Source of the DNA: Alphaproteobacteria bacterium
GTDB taxonomy: Bacteria; Pseudomonadota; Alphaproteobacteria; UBA8366; GCA-2717185
Assembly: GCA_012103325.1 (NCBI GenBank)
Contig: WLWY01000014.1
Span: 21,218 to 85,217 of the forward strand
Direction of reading: 5' to 3'
Length of the DNA stretch: 64,000 bases
Of this stretch, positions 10,101 through 25,100 are shown piece by piece (the stretch's first letter is position 1; each line of letters opens with the position of its first letter). The translations under genes and the position numbers were made by a program. The notes below the pieces were generated by a model. The model was not told where the DNA came from. It made no database searches and was given only the letters and a program-made list of their open reading frames with translations.

Positions 10101-13100
10101 TCGGCGCCGGAAGCGCTTTTCAGCGTTACCTTCTGCCCCGTGGCGGTGATGGAGCCGGTGATATCGATCTGGTCGGCGGTGTAGGTATGCGCCCCTCCAG
10201 TGCCCCGTATATGCGCGCTTCCGCTGTTGATCGCGATCGTTGAATTGTTTGCGGATGCCGTGAGCGCGACGGTTCCGCCCGCCAGGACATCGTCAGCATC
10301 ACCGACGTTGGTAATAGTGATATCGCCGGTCAGCGCAGTTAGGCTGACGGACCCAGCGTTGGCTTTCACGCCACCCTTGTTGGCCCCGAGGATCCCAATG
10401 GTCGCAAACCCGTCCGCATCGACATAGGTAACGTTACCGAGCGGCGTACTGAGATTGATGTTGCTGAAATCGGTCGCCGCATTGTCCAGCACGATGCCGG
10501 TCTCCGCATCCACCGCGAGCCTGGTGCCGCTCAACACGCCGGTGCCGCTGTCGATCACGTCCGCCGCGCTCTCCAGCCTGGTTACCAGCGATCCAACCGC
10601 AATGGCGTCGGTGATGTCGATCCGCGCGGTGTTGGTCTTGTCACCGAGGACGAAGGTGTTCCCGAGGGAAATGCGGCCGAACTCCGCGGCTGAAATCTCC
10701 AGCGTATTGGCCGTAGCGTCGCCGACGGCCCCCAGATCGATGGCCGTGGCGGTGTCGAAGGGTTGAATGCGAACCACGTTCGTGCCGCCGCTTGCCGCGA
10801 TACTCCCGGTACCGGTGATATCCAGATTGTCGGCCTGGACGAGAATCGTCGAACCGTTGTTCTGGTTCAAACTCACCGCGGCATTCAGCGTCACGAACTG
10901 CTCGGCCTGCTCGGTAATGAGGTCAATTCCGGTATTGGCCGTCGTGGTGTTATCGACGGTGATACTGCCGGTCCGGGCGGTCAACGTAACCTTGCCGTTC
11001 GTGGACGACACACCCGTGACGCCATCGACGGCGCCCACTGCAAACCCGTCGGCATCGGTGTAGGTAACGTCGCCTGCCGTCGTGGTCAGGGCGACCGTAT
11101 CGACATCCGTGTTCGCATCGGTAAGCACAATGGCGGCGGATACGGCGAGGTTGGTTTCGATGATGCCACCCGCCGTGCCAGTCACCGTCGAGCCGGTCAC
11201 CAGGTGCAGCGTGTTCGTATTCGCCGGCGTCACGTCCGCGCTAACAACGATCGCACCTGCCGTGCCGTCGCCGATGGTCAGGCTGCCGGCCGTGACGTTG
11301 TTCAGCTCCGTCGCGCTGAGATTGAGCCCGCCGCCGGCCCCGCCGAGATCGATCGCACCGCCATCCGATACCAGCAAAGTCGTCTTCGCCGTGCCGCTGC
11401 TCACCGTACCTGTCAGGGCCATATCGTTGGCGGTGATCGTCAGCGCATTGTTGCCGACATTAAGCGCCTGTGCGCCCGCAACGGTAAAATCGCCAGCGCC
11501 GCTGCCGTCGGCGTCGGCGTTGATGATCGTCGTCCCTGCCGTGGTCAGCCCGGTGTTGATGTTGACGCCATTGTCGGCGCTCACCGTCAGGGCCCGGTTG
11601 ACCGACGATGCGGTGCCCGAGAAGGTCACCACCGAAGTCGCCGCGCCCGCCGTCAGACTCAGCGATCCGGTCACGTTGGCGAGGTCCGCGTTCTGTAGAT
11701 TGTCCACCGTGATCGTCCCAGCGGTGGCGCCGCCGATGGTCAGGTCTCCAGCGGTAATCCGGGCGAGTTCGGCCTTGGAAAGCTGGAAGGTTCCAGCGCC
11801 GTCAGCGACCCCAATCGTGTTGCCGTTGGTTGACTCCAATGTAGTGGAAGCCGCGCCGCTCGTGATGTTGCCCTGCAGGTCGATGGCGGCGGCAATGATG
11901 GTCAGCGGATTGCCCGAAGTCGACAAGGTCGTGCCGCCGCTCTGCGTGTAGGTGCCGGTGCCGTTATTGTCGTTATCGGCATTCAGCGTGGTGGCCCCGG
12001 TCGTGGCGAAATCACCGAACGTCAACCCGTTGGCCGCCGTGAAACTCACCGCGCCGAGCGTTTCGACGGTGCCGGTTGTCGTAAGCGTTCCCGCCATCGT
12101 CAGGCTTGCGCCATTGGCGACGCTGACCTTGTCGCCCTGCGAGTCGCCTAAGGTGTCCGCATCGGCCAGGAGCGCCAAATTGCCCACGTCGGTGGTAATA
12201 TCCACATTCACGAAGATGGTGTCGTCGGCATTCACGGTCAGCGCGTTGAAGGTCGATGCCGCGGTGGCGAAGGTCACGTCGCCGTCATTCACCGTCGCGT
12301 TCAACGTGACCGTACCGGTGATGTTGTTGGAATTGGGCGCGCTGATGCCGTTCACGGTGATGTTGCCGTTCGTATTGTCACCGATGACCAGTCCGGTGGC
12401 GGTAATACGGCTCAGTTCGCCGCCATCGATGGTGTAATCGCCCGCCGTAGCCCCCAAGCCGATGGTACCGCCGTCCGACACCAAGAGTGTGGTCGTCCCC
12501 GCCCCGCTGTTCAACGCACCGGTCAGCACCAGATCGTTGGCGGTAATCGTCAGCGCCGCGCCGCCGGTGGCAAAGGTATCCCCGCCGCTGGCAATCGTGA
12601 AGTCGCCGGTCCCGTTATTGTCGGTGTCCGTATCCACGATGGTGGTGCCGGCGGTCGTCAGTCCTGCGTTCAACGCCACGCCGTTGGCGGCGTTGAGGGT
12701 CAGTGCGCCGGCGCCGGTCATGGTGCTGCGGGCGTTGAGGGTCAGCGATCCCGCGGAGGCGACGGCCGCGCCCGCGACGAACGTGATGTCGTCGTTGGCG
12801 CTGTTGACGCCATCGAAGTTGCCGTCCAGTTCCAGATTGCCGACAGTTGTGGTGACATTCTGATTCACCGCCAAGCCGTCATCCGACCGGAACGTCAGCG
12901 AACCGGCGGAGACGCCCACGATCCCCGCCACCGTGCCTATCGCGGTGGCGCCGTTATCCTCGACCAGGACCGTCTGGCCGGCAGCGCTGATCGCGATCGT
13001 ATCGATGGCCGTGCTGGCTTCCGAAATATCGACGGCGCCGCCCGCCGTCACCGCCAGGTTGGTTTCAATGATGCCGCCGCCCGACGCCGCGTCGGCATCG

Positions 13101-16100
13101 ACGGTCGACGCCGTGATCAGGTGCAAGGTCGTGCCGCCCGGCGTTACGTCGTTGACCACCGAGATGGCGCCCGAATTGACGTGACCGATGGTGATCTGGC
13201 CGGCGGTGATGTTGGCCAATTCGGCGACACTCACTTTAAGGATGTTATCCACATCGCTACTGGCAGCGTTACCGAGGTTAATCGCGTCGCCATCCTGCGT
13301 GGAACGGATGACCACGGTGCGTCCGGTGTTGGTGATGGTGCCCGATGCGTTGCCGGAGAGATCGTCGGCCTGGATCGTCACCGTGCCACCCGTGCTGCGA
13401 ATATCCGTATTGGCGCCCTGCGCGAACGTGTTGTTCGCCACGGCGGTCAACAGATTGATGTCGCCCGTGGCGTCAATGTCGTTGGCGATGCCCGCATCGG
13501 CCAGCGTCAGATCGCCGGTATTGGTTGTAATGGTGATCGCGCCATTGTCGGTGTTGAGGCCGCGCTCGAAGCTGGCTGCGAAGCCTGTGTCCGTGCCGAT
13601 GGCGAGCGCAGTCGCATCCGTGTACTGGATCGCGCCTATGGTCGTTGTGGCGGCAAAGACATCGGCCTCGTTGGCTTCCGTCAGGGTGATTGCCGCCTGG
13701 GTATCGATCACCAGATTGGGCGAGGTGATTGTCGCACCAGCGGACTGGGTCACGGCGCCGGACGCGAAGATCCGCAGGTTTGTTACGCTGGCAAGAGCCG
13801 GGTCGATGGCGCCTTGGACGGTGACGGTTCCGAAACGATTAGCCGCCGCATCGGACCCCAATTCCAGGCGGGTGGTGCCGCCAACAATGAAATCCAGTTC
13901 GGCATCCGAAAGCTCAAGCGCCGCGTTACCGAAATTGTCGGCCGCGCCCAGGAGCAAATCGCGGTCCTGTGTGAGAGGCCGCAAGGTAATATCGCCTTCG
14001 ATCTGCATATTGCCGGCCACGGCCAGGTCATTGGTGGTGATGAGGAGGCTGCCCCCGCTTCTGCCGCGTACGGTTGCGCCCGCCGCCACATCGACGCGCT
14101 GGGCGCTTAACACAACGCCGGCGCCGCGCAAATCCTGACTCGCCGCACTATTATTGATGGTGATGGTGCCGGCGTTGGCGGTAACTGTGGTCAGGCCGGC
14201 GCCGGCACTCGATGAATCAATCTTTTCGTTCGCCGTAATGTTGCCGGCGGTCGCAGTCAGGGTGATGAAGCCGCTCGTGTTTGCGACCCCCGTGACGCCG
14301 TTTACCACACCCGTCGCAAATCCATCCGCATCGACAAAGGTGATATTGTCGGTCGCCGCGATAGCCAGCGTATCGACATCGTTCGCCGCAACATCCAGCG
14401 TTGTCGCCGCCGACACCGACAGATTCTGGACCGACAGGTTCGTGGCGATGATCGCCTGGGTATCCGTCAGCGCGCCATTCACGACCAGGTTGAAGGTACC
14501 CGCCGTCGCACCGACGATTGCGTTCACCGTATCGATATCCAGATCGTCGGCATCGCGGAAAGTCACGGTCTGAAGCGCCGCGCTGACCGCGAGATTGTCG
14601 ACGTCGTTGGTGGCGGAATTGAGCGTGGTCGTGCCGGTATTCGTGATCGACAGGTTCGTCGCGACGATATTTTGGGCTTGGGTCAGCGCGCCACCGGCCG
14701 TCAGGTTCACCGTCGCCGCCGTGATGCCGGTGACGGTGCTCACCGTGTCGATGTCCAAATCGTCCACGTCGACGAATGTGACTGTCTGACCGCCTGCGCT
14801 AATCGCCAAATTGTTAACGTCGGTATTCGCGTTTGAGATGTCGACCGTGCCGCCAGCAGTGATGGCGAGATCGTTTTCGATGATGCGGCCCGCCGTACCG
14901 GTCACGGTCGAACCGGTCACCAAACTCAAGGCGGTCACGTCGGCGCCGGCCGTGCTGCCCGGCGTTATGTCCGCACCAATCGTAATCGCGCCCGCCGTGC
15001 CGTCGCCGATGATCAGCACGGAAGCGGCAATCGTTTGCAGCTCCGCATTGCTGAGGTCGAGCGCGCCGCTCACGCCACCGAGGTCGATGGTGCCACTGTT
15101 CGAGACCAGGAGTGTCGTCGTATTCGTGCCACTGTCGATCGTGCCGTTCAGCACCATATCGGCGGCCGTAATCGATAGCGTGTTGTTCGTCGTGCTGATC
15201 GTCGTGCCGCCATTCAACGTGAACGTCCCGGCGCCGTCATTGTTCGAATCCGCATTGATGACGGTCGCGCTCGCCGTCGTCAGGTCGGCGCCAAGCGTAA
15301 ACCCGTTCGGCGCCGTAAAGGATGCCCCGCCGGGGCTGACAACGGATCCGTTCGCGGCATTCAGGGTTAAACTACCGCCCGCCGTGATGGTAACGCCGGC
15401 GGCGAGAGTGATATCGTCGGCATTACCGCTGGTCTGCGCCGTATCGCTATCGGCGTCGATCACCAGCGCCCCCGCGGTGGTCGAGATATTGTCGTTCAGG
15501 TTGATGCCATCCCGGGCGTTGAGCGTCAGGCCGTTGCCACCGACGAGCTTTCCTGTGGTGGCATCGAGCGTAAGCGCGCCGAAAGCGTCCACGGTCACTC
15601 CGTCGGCGAAGATTACCCGGTCACCTGTAACGGCTGTATCCGCCGCATTGTCCGCATCCCCTTCAAGCGTGAGATCACCCGCGTCCGTCGTCAGATTGAC
15701 GCTGACCGCAATACCGTCGTCCGCATTCGCGGTGAGAGCGTTGAAGATCGACGCCCCCGTCTCAAACGAGACCGTCGCGTTGTCCAGCGTGGCGTCCAGT
15801 GTCACGGTACCCGAAATATTATTCGAGTTCGCCGCCGTGATGCCGTTCACGGTGATACTGCCGTTGGTGCCGTCGCCGATGATCAGGCCGGTGGCTGTGA
15901 TGTTCTCAAGCTCCGCGCCGCTGAGCGTGAAGTCCCGCGCCGTCCCGCCGATCCCGATCGTGCGGCCATTGGTCGCCCGCAAGGTCGTTAGCGCCGTTCC
16001 GCTGTTCAAGCTGCCATTCGTCAGGTCGATATCGGCCGCGACGACGGTCAGGGGGTTGTTCGTCGTGCTGACCGTAGCCACGCTGTCGACGGTAAAGGTG

Positions 16101-19100
16101 CCTGTACCGTTGGCGTCGTTGTCGGCGTTGAACGTCGTATTGCCCGCAAGGGCAAGGCTGCTACTAAAGGTCAAGCCATTCGCCGCCGACAGGGTCAAGG
16201 CACCCGACGCCGTCAGGCCGCCATTCTGCGCGGCTAAGGTCAGGCCGCTGGCGGTCGTCAACGTCACACCGTTCGCGAAGACGATGTCGTCGTTGACATC
16301 GCCAAGATTGTCCGCGTCGCCGTCGAGCGCCAGATTGCCGATATCGGTCGTGATATCGACGGCCACCGTAATGCGGTCGTCTGCATTGGCGCTCAGCGCA
16401 TTGAAGGTCGAGGCCACCGTGGCGAAAGTCAGCGTCGCATTGTCCCGAGTCGCGTTCAGCGTGACGGTCCCGGTGACGTTGTTCGAATTTGCCTCGATGA
16501 TGTTGTTGACGGTGATATTGCCGCTGGTCGCATCGCCGATGGTGAGGCCGGTCGCCGCGATGTTCTGAAGCTCGGCACCGCTCAACGTATAATCGCCCGC
16601 CGTATCGCCGAGTCCGATTGTCCCGCCGTCCGACACCAACAACGTCGTCGCCGCGCCACCGCTGTTCAGACCCCCCGAGGTGTTCAAGTTCAGATCGTTG
16701 GCGGTGATGTTGAGCGTGTTTCCACCTGTCGTAATCGTCGCACCGTTAGCGACGGTCAGGTCGCCAGTACCGTCGGCATTGTTGTCCGCGTTGATGGTCA
16801 TGGCGGCACCGGTCGTCGTGCCGTCGTTGAATGTGATCCCGCTATTGGCATTGAGGGTGAGGGTGCCCTGAACATCGATGTCACCCGTGTTGCCGGTCAG
16901 CGTCATCGACCCAGCGCTATCCAACGTCACCGCGTTGAAGGTGATCCTGTCCGGGCCCGTATCGCCGGCGTTGTTGTTCGAGTCGGCGGTGATCGTCATG
17001 TCGCCGCCCGTGGTGGTCAGCCCAACGAGGAACAGGATCGTGTCTCTGGCGTTGGCCGTCACCGCATTGAGGCTGCTGGCGCCACTGTCGAAAGTGACCC
17101 GGCCGTCGCTACCATTCGCGGTCAGCGTTGTGGTGCCGGTGATGGAAGTGTTGCTGACGTTCTCAACGTCGATAATCGTAATCGTGTTATCACCGATGGT
17201 CAGGTTGTTGGCGATGATGCGATCGAACTCAGCATCGGTGATCCGCATGTCCCTGGTGATTCCGGAACCCAGATCGATGGTGCCGCCGTTCGCCCGGGTG
17301 ATGGTCATATCACCGGCACCCGATGTGATGCTGCCTGACGTGGTGTTGACCGCTAGGTCGGCTGCAATGATATCCAGCTGATTTCCGCCGGATGACAACG
17401 CCGCACCGGCGGAAACGGTCAAGGTGCCCGTACCGTCGTTATTGTTGTCCGCGTCCACCGTAAGGACGCCGGCCGACGCCACGTTGTCGTTGACGGTGAT
17501 CCCGGAATCGGCGTTCAGGGTCATCGCACCTGCGCCGGTGACGCCGCCGCTTGTCGCGTCCAGGGTCAGGCCGGCTGCCGAATCCAGGATCACGTTGGCT
17601 GAAATGTCGATGTTATCGGTGCCGGACCCGCCTGCGTCGGCGGCGTTATCGGAATCGCCGTCAAACGTCATGGCGCCTGTATCCGTCGTCACATTGGCCG
17701 TAATGTCGATGCCATCTCGCGCATTGGCGGTCAGCGCATTGAAGGTAGAGGCCCCCGTAAACGTGACGATCGAACCGGCCTCGCTGGCGTTCACGGCCAA
17801 CGTGCCAATGCCGTTGGAATTTGCGCCGGAAACGCTTTCCACTGTGATGTTTCCGCCGTTAAAGGTGAGCGTGCCCACCGTGGTGTTGCCCAGTTCGGAA
17901 TCGCCGTAGTTCAGATTGGATACGTTGCCGCCGACGGTGATAGTCCGGCCATTGGTTGCGTTGACCGTGACGCCGGCGCCCGCCGCCGTGATAGACCCGG
18001 TCATCACGAATTCCGACGCGTCGATGCTCAAAGTGTTGCCGCCCGTGTTCACGGCACCATTGATGTTGATCTGGCCGGCGCCGTCATTGCCGGTGTCCGC
18101 ATTGAATACCGTCGCCCCCGCCGTCGTCAGATTATCCGAGATGGTCAATCCGGCATTCGCGTTCAGGGTCAGACCGACAGTACCGGTGATCTTCCCGGTC
18201 GTAGCGTTCAGGCTTACCGAGCCGACGGTTGCCGCCAGGGTTCGGGCGCCTGTAACCGCGATACTATCTGCCCCCGTAGCGCCATCCGCGTCCGCGGCAT
18301 TGTCCGCGTCACCTTCCAAATTCAGGTTGCCGGTGGTCGCTGTCAGGTTGGTGGAAATATTGATGCCGTCGTCTGCATTCGCCGCCAGATTAGCGAACTG
18401 CGATGCGACGCCCGAAAAGATAATCGCCGTGTTATCCCGGGTGCCGTCGATGGTAATGTTGCCGGTGATATTGCCGAGATCCGCCGTCTGCACGTTGTCG
18501 ACCGTGATATTACCCGTATTGGCGCCGCCGAAGGTCAGGTTCGCGGCCGTCAGGCGCGCCATCTCGGCTTTCGAGACCGAGAACGCGCCGGCCCCATCAC
18601 CCAGACCCAGGGCAATGCCATTGGTCGCCTCGATCGTCATGTTCCCGGCACCCGCCGTCAGCGCGCCCGTGCCGGTAATCACCAGGTCCGCCGCTATCAC
18701 GCCCAGGTCGTTGCCTTGGGTGTCGAAGGTTATCCCGTTGTTGACCGTAAACGTGCCCGTGCCATCCGCATTGGAATCGGCATTGATCGTTGTCGCGCCG
18801 CCAATCGTGAGGTCGCTGCTAAGCGTAAAGCCGTCGGCGATGTTAAGGACCAGGCTACCCGTTGCGCCGACGCCGCCCGTCGTCGCCGTCAGCGTCAGCG
18901 CGCCCGCGACATCGAGGGTAATGGTCCCGGCGCCGAACTGCAGCGCATCGTCACCCGCGTCGTCGAAATCGTCGAAATCGCCGTTGAGGGACAGCGCGCC
19001 GATGTCCGTCGTCAGATCGACATTGACGTCCATGCCCGCATCCGCATTCGCAGTGAGGGCATTGAAGGTCGATGCGGTGCCGGAGAAGGTGATCGTCGAT

Positions 19101-22100
19101 TCGTTCCGGATCGCGTTAAGGGCAACCGTGCCGATGTTGTTCGAATTCGCCGCCGTGATCCCGTCGACGGTGTAGTTGCCCTGATTTGCACCACCCAGGT
19201 TCACGATCGTCGCCGTGATGCGCTCGAGCTCGGTACCCGAAATTTCCAAGGTGTCGGCGATGTTATTGACGCCGTCGTCACCCAGATTCAGCGCGTCGCC
19301 TGCCGTGCTGGAGGCGATGGTCACGGTCTGTCCCGTCGCGTCGGTCGCGGCGCCGATCGTAATGTCGTCGGCGGTATAGGTGTGTGCGCCCGCCGTCGCC
19401 GTCACCGCGGCCAGGGTCAGCGCATTGTTGTCGCCACCCGCCGTCATCGCGACGGCGCCGCCGGCGGTGACCGTGCCCGTTGCGGTCAGATTTCCAGCCA
19501 CGGTCGTTAGCGTAACGTTGCCCGCGTTCGCCGTTGTCGCCGCGACGGTGAGCGCGTTCGCATCGACGAACGTAAGATTACCTGTGTTGGTCGAGGCGGT
19601 GATGGTCCCCGTGAAATCGTTTGCCACATTATCGAGGGTGATCCCGGTCGCGGCGTCGAAGGTCAGAGCGCCAGCGCCCGTGCTAGTGGCCGCCGTTTGA
19701 ACGACATCGGCATTGTTCTGGATCGTGGTGGGAATTGCGGGAATGTTGGAAATATCGCCGGCGATGGTAACTGTTCCGGTGCTGGCCAGCGTGCCGATGT
19801 TGATGACATCCAGGCTTTGACCGCCCAGATTGAGGCGCGCAAGTTCAGCGTTGGTCAGTTCCATCGTGGTGTTGCCGCCGGTATTTGCGACTCCACCTAA
19901 ATTGATCTGTTGGGTAGCCGTTAGGGTTTGGACGTTAAGCGTGTGAGTGCCCGCCGCTTGATTGGTGCCGAAGCTGCCCGTTGCGGTGTTGATTTCGAGG
20001 TCATCCGTGATGATGGTCAGAGCGAGCGTACCGGTCCCGGCTAAACGAATTGTGGCGTTGACGTTCGTCGTGGCATCCACGCCGTTATTGGTAATCGTGA
20101 CGGCCTCCACCCCTTCAATGGCGCTGTCGATATTAAGGGTGCCGGCGACTGTCAGGTTTATATTGTCGCCGGTCATACCAACGAGGCCATCGACGGTGCC
20201 GACAGTCAGGTCATCCACATCTACGAAGGTGCCAAAATTATTGGAGTCGCCCTCGATCGCGACGGTATCGACGTCGTTCGCAGCCGAATCCAGAACGACA
20301 TTTCTTTGAAGCGATTGGGCGCGCAGGTTTTGCACGGCAATGCTGCCGGCTCCCGTATCGTTGATGGCACCGTCATTGGCAAATAACGTGAGCGTATTTG
20401 TGTTCGCCGGCGTGATCGCGGCGGTAACGTCTAAGGTTCCAGTACCATTGGCGCTAATTTGAAGAATGCCGGCGGTGACGATATCGATTTCGCCGTCCGA
20501 CAGCTCCACCGTATTGGCGGCAACATCCGTCGCCGATCCCAAATCTACGGAGCCGTTCGTGCCGGCGGCCAAGGTCGTCCTCGCCGTTCCGCTGCTGATG
20601 GATGTCCCTGCCAACGCCATCTTACTGGCGGTAATGGTGATATCGTTGTTGCCGGCGACAAGCGATTTCGTGGCGGCGAGCGTGAAGTTACCCGTGCCAT
20701 CGTTATTGCTATCCGCATTTATGGCGGTGACGCCTGCAGCCGTCACGTTCTCGTTAACCGCTATGCCGTCCAGAGCATTCAACGTCAGCGCCGCCGATGC
20801 GATGCCCGTAACACCGGCAACCGAACCGACCGTGAGATCGCCCGCGCCGTCGGCCACATTGACCGTCTGCCCTGCCGCACTGATGGCAATTGTGCCGATG
20901 GCCGTGGTGGCCTCGCTGGTATCCACAGCACCGCCCGCTGTGACCGCGAGGTTGGTTGCCGTAATGCCGCCGCCCGACGCCGTGTCCGCATCAACGGTGG
21001 AATTCGTTACTATGTGAAGCGTTGCCGTGTTGGCCGGACTGATGTCGGCGGCCACCGTCACCGCGCCCGCCGCGCCGGTGCCAAATGTCAGCTGCGACGC
21101 CGTCACGAGGTCCAGCTCGGCGTCAGAAATTTCCAAGGTGTCGGCGAGGTTTATAACGCCGTCGTCACCCAGGTTGATGGCGTCGCCCGCCGTGGTAGAG
21201 ACAATCGTTATCGTCTGACCCGTCGCGTTAATCGCACCGCCGATAGTAATGTCGTCGGCGGTATAGGTGTGTGTGCCCGACGCCGCCGTGACCGCGGCCA
21301 GGGTCAGCGCATTGTTGTCGCCACCCGCCGTGATGGCGACGGCGCCGCCGGCGGTGACCGTACCCGTCGCGGTCAGGTTCCCGGCTACGGTGGTTAGCGT
21401 AACGTTGCCCGCGTTCGCCGTTGCCGCCGCCACGGTGAGCGCATTGGCGTCGACAAGCGTAAGGTTGCCTGCGTCGGTCGACGCGGTAATCGTCCCCGTG
21501 AAATCGTTGCCGACATTATCCAAGGTAATGCCCGTGGCCGCGTTGAACGTTATCGCGCTCATCGAGGCGGCGGCGGTTTGAATGATGTCCGCGTTGTTCG
21601 CAATCGTCCGGGTACCGGTGGCCAATTGGGTGATGTCGCCCGAAATCGTAATCTGGCCCGTGGCGCCGGCGGCTCCGATATTCACGATATTGAATATCTG
21701 ACCCCCGGTCTGAAGGCGGCCCAATTCGTCGTTGGTCAGCTCCATGACGCCGTTGGCGGCAACATCGGCGGCGCCAAAGTTGATCTGCTGACCGGCCGTC
21801 AACGTGTTAATGGTCAGCGTATGGCTGCCGGTGCCGTTGGTGCGCCGCAGATCGCCGGTAGCGGTAATCTCCAAATCATCCGCGGTGATTACCACGGCTC
21901 GGGTGCCTGCGCCTGTTTCCTGAACGCGGGCGTTGATAGTCGTGGTGGCGTCGACGCCGTTATTGGTGAGAACCACGTCGCGGCTGCTATTAATGAGGTT
22001 GTTGATGGCAAAAGCACCGCCGGCGGTCAGGAAAACACTTCGGCCGGTGACCCCGGCGACGCCATCGACCGTGCCGATGATGAGGTCATCCGTATCGACG

Positions 22101-25100
22101 AAGGTCACGTTGAAGCCGGGAGAGTTGGACGCCAGCGTGTCGACATCGTTGGTCGCGGCGTCCAAAATCGGAGACGCACCGCCTTCAAGCCGCAGGTTCG
22201 CGACCGCGATGCTTCCGACGCCCGTATCGGTGATCGTCGTCGCCGACTGCAGCATTACCGTCGTCGCGTTGGTGAAGGTAATGGGATTGGTGATTTCGAT
22301 GGCGGTAGTGTTGCCGATTTGCAAAACGCCGGCGGTGGTGATGCGGTCAAGCTCGGTGTCGGTGAGTTCCAGGACCCCGGCCGTGTTCACGGCGTCGTTG
22401 TTGCCGAGATCGACCGTACCCGTGCTCGGCGTCAGAATAATCCGACCCGTGCCCGAATTGACGGTGCTGGTTGCATCGAGTGCGATATCCGACGCGATGA
22501 TGGTGACGGCGTCGTTGGTGGTCAGAATATCGGCATTGGCGGCAACGGTGAACACGCCGTCGTCGCCCGCATTGTCGGTATCCGCATCGACGGTCAAGAT
22601 GTCCGTAGTCAAGTCCTGGTTTACGGTCACGCCCGCTTCGGCGTTGATCGTCAGATCGTCGAAAGCGGAGGCGGCGGTGTCGAACGTCACCGAGGAACCG
22701 GCCAACGTCGCGTTCAACGTCACCGTGCCGGTAATCTGATCGACATCCGTGTTGGCGATGCCGTTGACGGTGATGGCGCCGTTGGTGGCGTCGCCGATGG
22801 TCAACCCGGTCGCCGTAATGGCGTTAAGCTCCGCCGCCGAAACCGTGAAATTCAGCGCCGTGCCGCCCAAACCGATGGTGCCGCCGTCCGACACCAGCAG
22901 CGTCGCCGCCGCCGCGCCTGAGTCGATCGCGCCCGTGCCCGTCAGGATAAGGTCGTTAGCGGTAATGGTTATGGCGCTACCGCCCGAAGAAACCGTCGCC
23001 CCCGTCGCGACGGTGAGGTCGCCGTCGTTGCCGGCATTGTCGGAATCGGCATCGATGACGGTCGTCCCCGCCGTCGTCAGGTTGTTGTTGATCGTGATCC
23101 CGGTCGCCGCATTAAGGGTCAGCGCGCCCGCACCGTCAATACCGCCCGTGGTGGCGTCGAGTGTGATCGATCCCGGCGCGGTAATGACCTGCCCGGCGGC
23201 GAAGGTGACCTTGTCTCCGGTCACTGCTGTGTCGGCAAAGTTGTCGGCGTCGCCGTCCAAGGTCAGGTTGCCCGCCGCGATCACCGGGACCACGTCGACC
23301 GCGATGCCATCATCCGCGCTGGCGGTGAGCCCGTTGAATGTGGAAGCGGCAGTGGACAGTGCGATCGTAGCGTTATCGTTAAGCGCGTTCAGGGTGACGG
23401 CGCCGGTAATCAACGTCGCCGTAACGCCATCGACCGTAATGACGCCCTGCCCAGCGCCCCCGAGAGAAAGCGCGCCCGCCGCGATCAGGTCAAGTGCCGT
23501 ATCGGCGATTTCCAGCGTGTCGGCGATATTGTTGACGCCGTCGTCGCCCAGATTCAACGCATCGCCCGCCGTGTCGGATGCGATGGTTACGGTCTGTCCC
23601 GTCGCCGTGATTGCACCGCCTATGGTGATATCGTCGCCGATATAGGTGTGAGCGCCCGCCGCCGCCGTTACCGCCGCCAGGGTCAGCGCGTTGTTGTCAC
23701 CGCCCGCCGTCATGGCAACGGCGCCGCCGGCGGTAACTGTGCCAGTTGCGGTCAGGTTTCCAGCCACGGTCGTCAGCGTAACGTTGCCCGCGGTGGCTGT
23801 CGTCGCCGCGACGGTGAATGCGTTGGCGTCGACGAGGGTAAGGTTGCCCGTGTCGGTCGACGCGGTGATGGTGCCCGTGAAATCGTTTGCCACGTTATCG
23901 AGGGTGATCCCGGTCGCGGCGTTGAACGTTATCGCGCTCATGGCCGTCGCGGCAGTCTGGATGATCGCCGCGTTGTTCCTGATCGTCCTCGTACCGGTAT
24001 CCAGGTTAGTGATGCTGCCGGAAATGGTTATCTGACCCGTGCCGGTACCGCCGGCGTCGCCGATATTGATGACATTGAATTCGTCGGCGGCGGTGGAGAG
24101 CAGCGCCAGCTCGGCGTTGGTCAGTTCCATGACCCCATTGCCGGGCGTGTTTGCGACCCCGCCCAGATTGATCTGCTGACCGGCGGTTACCGTGTTGATA
24201 TCCAGAGTGTGGGTGCCCGAATTGTTGGTCCGCTGGAACCCACCCGCGGTGATCTCCAGATCGTCGGCGTTGACCGTAATAGAACGCGTTCCGCTGGCCG
24301 TTTCCTGAACCACGGCGTTGACGGTCGTGGTGGCGTCGGCCGCGTTGTTGGTAAGGACAATACTGCGTGCGCTGTTGACGGTGTTGTTGATGGTGAAAGC
24401 GCCATTCGCGGTTATTGTAATATTATTGCCGGCAATTCCGAACACGCCGTCCACCGCCCCGATGATGAGGTCGTCGGTATCAACGAAGGTTACGTTGAAA
24501 CCAGGCGAATTGGACGCCAGCGTGTCCACATCATTGGTCGCAGCATCCAACGTCGGAGCCGCGCCGCCTTCGAGCCGCAGGTTCGCGACGGCGATGCTTC
24601 CGGCACCCGTATCGTCGATCGTCGTAGCGGACTGCAGCGTCACGGTCGTCGCGTTGGTGAAACTAACGGGATTGGTGATGTCGATGGCAGTGGCGGTGGC
24701 GTCACCGATTTGCAGAACGCCTGTCGTGGTGACGCGGTCAAGCTCGGTGTCGGTGAGCTCCAGGACCGCGGCCGTGTTCACGGCGTCGTTGTTGCCAAGA
24801 TCAATAGTGCCGGTGCTCGGCGCCAGAATAATCCGGCCCGTGCCAGAATTGAGGGTGCCGGTGGCGTCGAACGCCATGTCCGAGGCGGTGACGGTGACGG
24901 CGTCGTTGGAGGTCAGAATATCGGCGTTGGCGGCGATCGTGAACACGCCGTCGTCGCCGGCGTTGTCGGTATCCGCATCGACGGTCAGAATGTCCGTGGT
25001 CAGGTCCTGGTTTACGGTCACGCCCGCTTCGGCGTTGACCGTCAGATCGTCGAAAGTAGAGGCAGCGGTGTCGAACGTCACCGAGGATCCGGCCGCCGTC